Part shown: positions 59,471 through 64,000 of the stretch, in pieces
Position numbering within the stretch: the first letter of the stretch is position 1
How the letters are laid out: the number at the start of each line of letters is the position of its first letter
From: Mobula hypostoma
Taxonomy: Eukaryota
DNA: 64,000 nucleotides
Direction: 5' to 3'
Assembly: GCF_963921235.1 (NCBI RefSeq)
Contig: NC_086097.1
Location: 134,108,001 to 134,172,000, forward strand
Notes under the pieces: generated by a model
Told to the model about the DNA's origin: nothing
Seen by the model: only the letters and a program-made list of their open reading frames with translations
Database searches by the model: none
Translations under genes and position numbers: made by a program

Positions 59471-59809
59471 ATTCTGTAGCCATGTTTCTGAAGTTACTGC
59501 ACCTTGTTGTCCCTTGAGATCCAATGAACCTCCTATTAACCAAATTAGAAAAAGGATTCAAAAGGTATAATTTATATTGGAGGTTAAGTTTGGGGTTTTT
59601 TAAAGAAAGTTTAGAAAAGCAAATGGTGTTCTATTCACTTCAATTCTCTTCACTTGTTATCAATCAGTTGTTCAATGATCAAATTTTAATGAGAACTTGA
59701 AAAATTAACTGTAAGATGATCTAAATTAAATTCAGCATTTGGTAGTGGGAATTGTGAGGTTTAATGCATGTTACAGTTTTACGAGAACTATGTCAAGAGG
59801 AACTGCGTA

Positions 59810-60140
59810 AGAAAATGGATTTATGTAACACCTTTCCCAACCTCTTGAGCACACATCTTGCAAACAGAAATGTGATAATGATTAAATAATCCAGATTTAG
59901 GTGGAGAGGAGAAAAGTTACAGCCAAGATGCCATCACAACTATTCTATTGCTGCCCAAATTCAGCTGTGGGGTCCACCTGAGAAGGAGTTCCGTCTTCAT
60001 TTTAATGTCCCATTGAAGAGCTCTCTTCAGTGCTGCACTGGAGCCTCAACCTAAATTTTGTGCTCAACTCTCCAATGTGGGACCAGCATCCACAATACAA
60101 CCATTCAGAGATGGGAGTGGGATCCACCGAGATACACCTG
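59810..60140 (-). mobile_element. Old DeuSINE-like element
   Basis: Minus-strand ttgagcacaaaatttaggttgaggctccagtgcagcactgaagagag...acattaaatgaagac resembles the Deu-domain start. Confidence 0.5.
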
Positions 60141-61609
60141 TCAGAATCATTTGAATCAACTGGCACATCTATCAGTCTAGGTTAAGAGGACACCATTCCA
60201 CTGATATTTTTACATAATTTCCATTTGTACAATATTCCTCATTCCGTACACATATCCCTCCCCTGCCTTCTACTGTATCTCTCTCTTTCCCAGTTCTGAT
60301 GCAGGGCCACAGACCAACTGTTTCTTTCTTCACGCATACCCCCTGACCTGCTGAGTTTTTCCACTGTACTCCCCGTTCCGTATCGAGAATCGCAGCTCCA
60401 TTAGTCAATTAACTAGGTACTGGGATTTGAACTGACTATGGTTTAATCTTCCCTTCCAAATCAGCCCCCTGATTACTGGCCTTTGATGAAAATCTATTCT
60501 CTATAAATTAGCCAATCTGCTCTGATTCATTACTGAAGCTGATGTATTTCTTGTATAATTACAAACACCGAGAAATACAATAACTAATAATGAAAGGACC
60601 TTAAATGTCAACAAGAAGCCTGTTTGTTATTTGGCTACAAATACTCCTCTTATAAACTACATTCAAATTCATTCCAGGAGACTGAACAGATAACACATTT
60701 TCATCTGGAAAAGTGATTTCATAATTTGTGCCCAGACTGTACACATTTTACAATATCAATCCTTCCCAAGGAATAATTACAGGCAGCACATACATATCTG
60801 GCCTCACCTAATGGAGATGAAATAACAGGAGTTAAATATTGTGGGACGAGAGAAAGTTGTCTTGTGCCACTAACATTTGCTTGAATATCCATCACTGCAT
60901 GCACTCACTGACATGCACAGTTCCATTTGCACTTAGAGGTAAGGGTCAACAGTGACCAACACACACATTTAGTGCTATCAACCAAAATGGAATATCTTCC
61001 TTTAGGTTAACGTTCAGTTGATTATCTACTCATCAAAATTTTGTAGTTTGTGGAAGCTTGCTGTGTGCAAATTAGTGGCTACCTTTCCAGAAATAGAAGT
61101 GATTCTAAGTATTTCATAGGCATCGTTGGTTAAGAAGGGTGGCACTTGATTGTAAATTTTTTCTTAAATATCCTTATACTAAGGACAGCATCTCATTGGA
61201 AAACATAACCATGTTCATATGGCACTTTTCACTGACGTGCCACTCTATTGAATATTACACACAGAGAAATTTCAGAGAAATTGCTGTGTTTGTGACCAGA
61301 TTTTGCCTCTTGCCATGTTTATTGGCAGATAAAGAGTAGCCAGGATATTTCCCAATTTTTTTTTCTGTGAAATGTTGTCATGGGTGTTTATCCTTAGAAG
61401 CCAGGCTCTCAGTTTAATTATCTGTGAGTTCCCAACTCTAACAGTGCAGAACTCCCTGTGTTGGATATCTGAAGTGGAGTTTGAACTGATTAACTTAAAG
61501 ACTGCTCTCCACTGAGAAATAGGAGATAATAAGAGAAATAGTGCTGGAACACATGACATGCTAAATATAAATTAATATCTTCATGAGGAGAGTTACATGT
61601 TGCCCTGGT

Positions 61610-61737
61610 TACTCTCTCATCGCTCTGTCACTCTCTCATCGCTCTGTCTCTCTCTCCCCACCCCCACCCCCTTTATCCTGCTCTCTGTCTCTCTCTCTTT
61701 CTCCTTCTCTATCATCCTCTTTCACCCTCTCTCTCTC
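61610..61737. repeat. CT-rich low-complexity tract
   Basis: actctctcatcgctctgtc twice, plus (ct)n runs. Confidence 0.85.
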
Positions 61738-62899
61738 AAAAGCATGTAGTTCAGAAAATTAACACACACTTCATTTTTTTCATAAATGCCAAGTTTTTAT
61801 GAAAACAAATATAATCTTTAATGTTCTACCATTATAGATATCAATTTAGCATTTCCAATCCATTGCTTATTCTTTCGATAGAACTTCTGTGACATCCTTG
61901 AATCTAGAAGTAGGGCACTAAGATTTATGTAGATTGTAAAAGTGTTCCCTGTATTCTATCCTGGAAATATTGTCTGCATCTATTGTATAAATCATAGCCT
62001 TTGCATTATATATTTTTAAAAATTCATTAAAAGGATGTGTATTTTGCAGTCAAAACCAACATTTAGTAACCATCCCCAACTGCTTTTGAGCAGGGTGGCT
62101 TGCAAGATGGTTTAGGAGGACAGTCAGGAAGCTGGAGTTACATACAGTCCAGAAAGGGTAAAGAAGGGCAGATTTCCTCTCTTAAGTGCCTTACCAAACT
62201 AAGGCAATCCCATGGCCCTGTGGTCAGCATTATTGGCATCAACCTTCTAATTTTGGTGTATTTAATGAGTTAATTGGCCCTAATGGAATCTAAACACACA
62301 TCTCCAAAACTGTGCTCCAACTGGCTGGATTATTGGTTCAGGATATGCTACATTTTCTAGTAAAGTGTTGAAACATCCAAGCAAGCAAAAATATGAAGGA
62401 CTCTTTTGTCAGCTGAAATATCCTTAGTCACAGTGGCATTCTAATGTGGGTTCCTACAGGATGTGTAATATCACTTATGCATCACGTAATAAGCTGGATG
62501 AAGAGTCCAGCAAAATACACCCATTATTCTGTGGAACACCTGCTGCATATTGACAATAGCCCAACATATGACAGTGAGATTGCTGATGCATATTAAAGAG
62601 CAGACAGGGAGGAAGAAAACTGTATAGGATCCCAAACTTCAAAATAAAAAGGCAATATTTTTCAGCTACATTTGAGTTCTATGTAAGTAATTTGTTTCTC
62701 TGTATTGGGAGTTCTAAGTTAAATTATCACTCAAAAAAAACTTGCATTTTATGTGCTCTGAGATAAGCTCATGAATATGCAGAGAATGGAGGGATATAGA
62801 CCATGTGCAAGCATAATGATTAGGTGTCATTAGCTTAATTAGTTCACCACAACAGCGTAGGCCAAAGGGTCCGTTCCTGTGCTGGACTGTTCTATGTTC

Positions 62900-63330
62900 T
62901 ATGTAACATGTCTGACATGCAAGATATTCCCAAATACTTCAAAGGAATGTTATCAAAACCCACAGAGAAGATTAGTCAGGGAATTCTAAAGATTATATCC
63001 TTGACAGCAAAAGACATGAATGCTGGAGTGAGTTTGTTCAAGAGGCCAGAAGGTGAGCATCATGGACTGGAGAAGATTACAGAGGTGGGGAAGGATGAGA
63101 CTATAGAAGGTTTCGAAAACAAGGATGAGAGTTGTATTGCTTATCTTGGAGTCAGTGAAAGATATCAAGCACAGGAGTGATGGTAAATCAGATTTGATGT
63201 GAGCTTGGACAGAGGCAGCAAAGTTTTGGATAAGCTCAAGTCTTCAGATGGCATAGCCAGCTAGGATTGCATTGAGGTTACAAAGACCAAGACAATTAGT
63301 TTAGCTATGATCTGAATCAGGATTGTGGAT
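62900..63330 (-). mobile_element. L2-like LINE remnant
   Basis: ttacagaggtggggaaggatgagactatagaaggtttcgaaaacaaggatgaga...gcagcaaagttttggataagctcaagt resembles the reverse strand of an L2 C-terminal region. Confidence 0.5.
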
Positions 63331-63344
63331 GCCCTGTGTTAAAA

Positions 63345-64000
63345 CCATAAGGCCATAAGATATAGGAGCATAAATTGGCTATTCGGCCCATCGAGTCTGC
63401 TCCGCCATTCAATCATGGGCTGATGCAATTCTTCCAGTCATCCCCACTTCCCTGCTTTCACCCCATACCCTTTGATGCCCTGGCTAATCAAGAACCCATC
63501 TATCTATGCCTTACACCCAATGACTTAGCCTCCACAGCCGCTCGTGGCAACAAATTCCACAGATTTACCACCCTCTGACTAGGGTAATTTCTCTGCATCT
63601 CAGTTCTAAAAGGACGTCCTTCAATCCTGAAGTCATGCCCTCTTGTCCTGGAATCCCCTACCATGGGAAATAACTTTGCCATATCTAATCTGTTCAGGCC
63701 TTTTAACATTCATTATGTGATCGCCCCTCATTCTCCTAAACTCCAGGGAATACAGCCCAAGAGCTGCCAGACGTTCCTCATACGGTAACCCTCTCATTCC
63801 TGGAATCATTCTCGTGAAACTTCTCTGAACCCTCTCCAATGTCAGTACATCCTTTCTAAAATAAGGAGCCCAAACTGCACTCAATACTCCAAGTGTGGTC
63901 TCATGAGTGCCTTATAGAGCCTCAAAATCACATCCCAGCTCTTATATTCTATACCTCTAGAACTAAATGCCCACATTGCATTCGCCATCTTCATAATCGA
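63345..64000 (-). mobile_element. CR1 3' end (runs off the window)
   Basis: WAPYFRKDVLTLERVQRSFTRMIPG and SRTRGHDFRIEGRPFRTEM; same subfamily as 7628-7993. Confidence 0.93.

Overview
Eukaryotic, repeat-dominated intergenic or intronic DNA. The repeat families point to a cartilaginous fish, probably a ray or skate (inference from HE1-like V-SINEs, DeuSINEs, CR1, Rex1/Babar and Penelope/Neptune elements). I recognised no host protein-coding gene; every ORF I could assign is a transposon fragment. Main contents: (1) a full-length but decayed Sushi-like chromoviral Gypsy element (28487-34392, minus) with a 5-bp TSD, an 11-nt self-priming PBS and a Harbinger MITE in its 5' LTR; (2) a near full-length CR1 (about 54765-59095); (3) a decayed Buster/Charlie-type hAT element (23292-26550); (4) Tc1 remnants; (5) many Penelope-like element (PLE) remnants whose ends carry minimal type I hammerhead ribozyme motifs, several arranged as tail-to-tail palindromes. 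The two least routine structures are an old inverted copy of about 15350-20128 captured inside a Tc1 element at about 835-3075, and a highly degenerate ~29-bp tandem array at about 48600-49270. The ribozyme and self-priming systems are known from other taxa; I found nothing I can call a new biological system. Boundaries of old repeats are approximate because they were read by eye.
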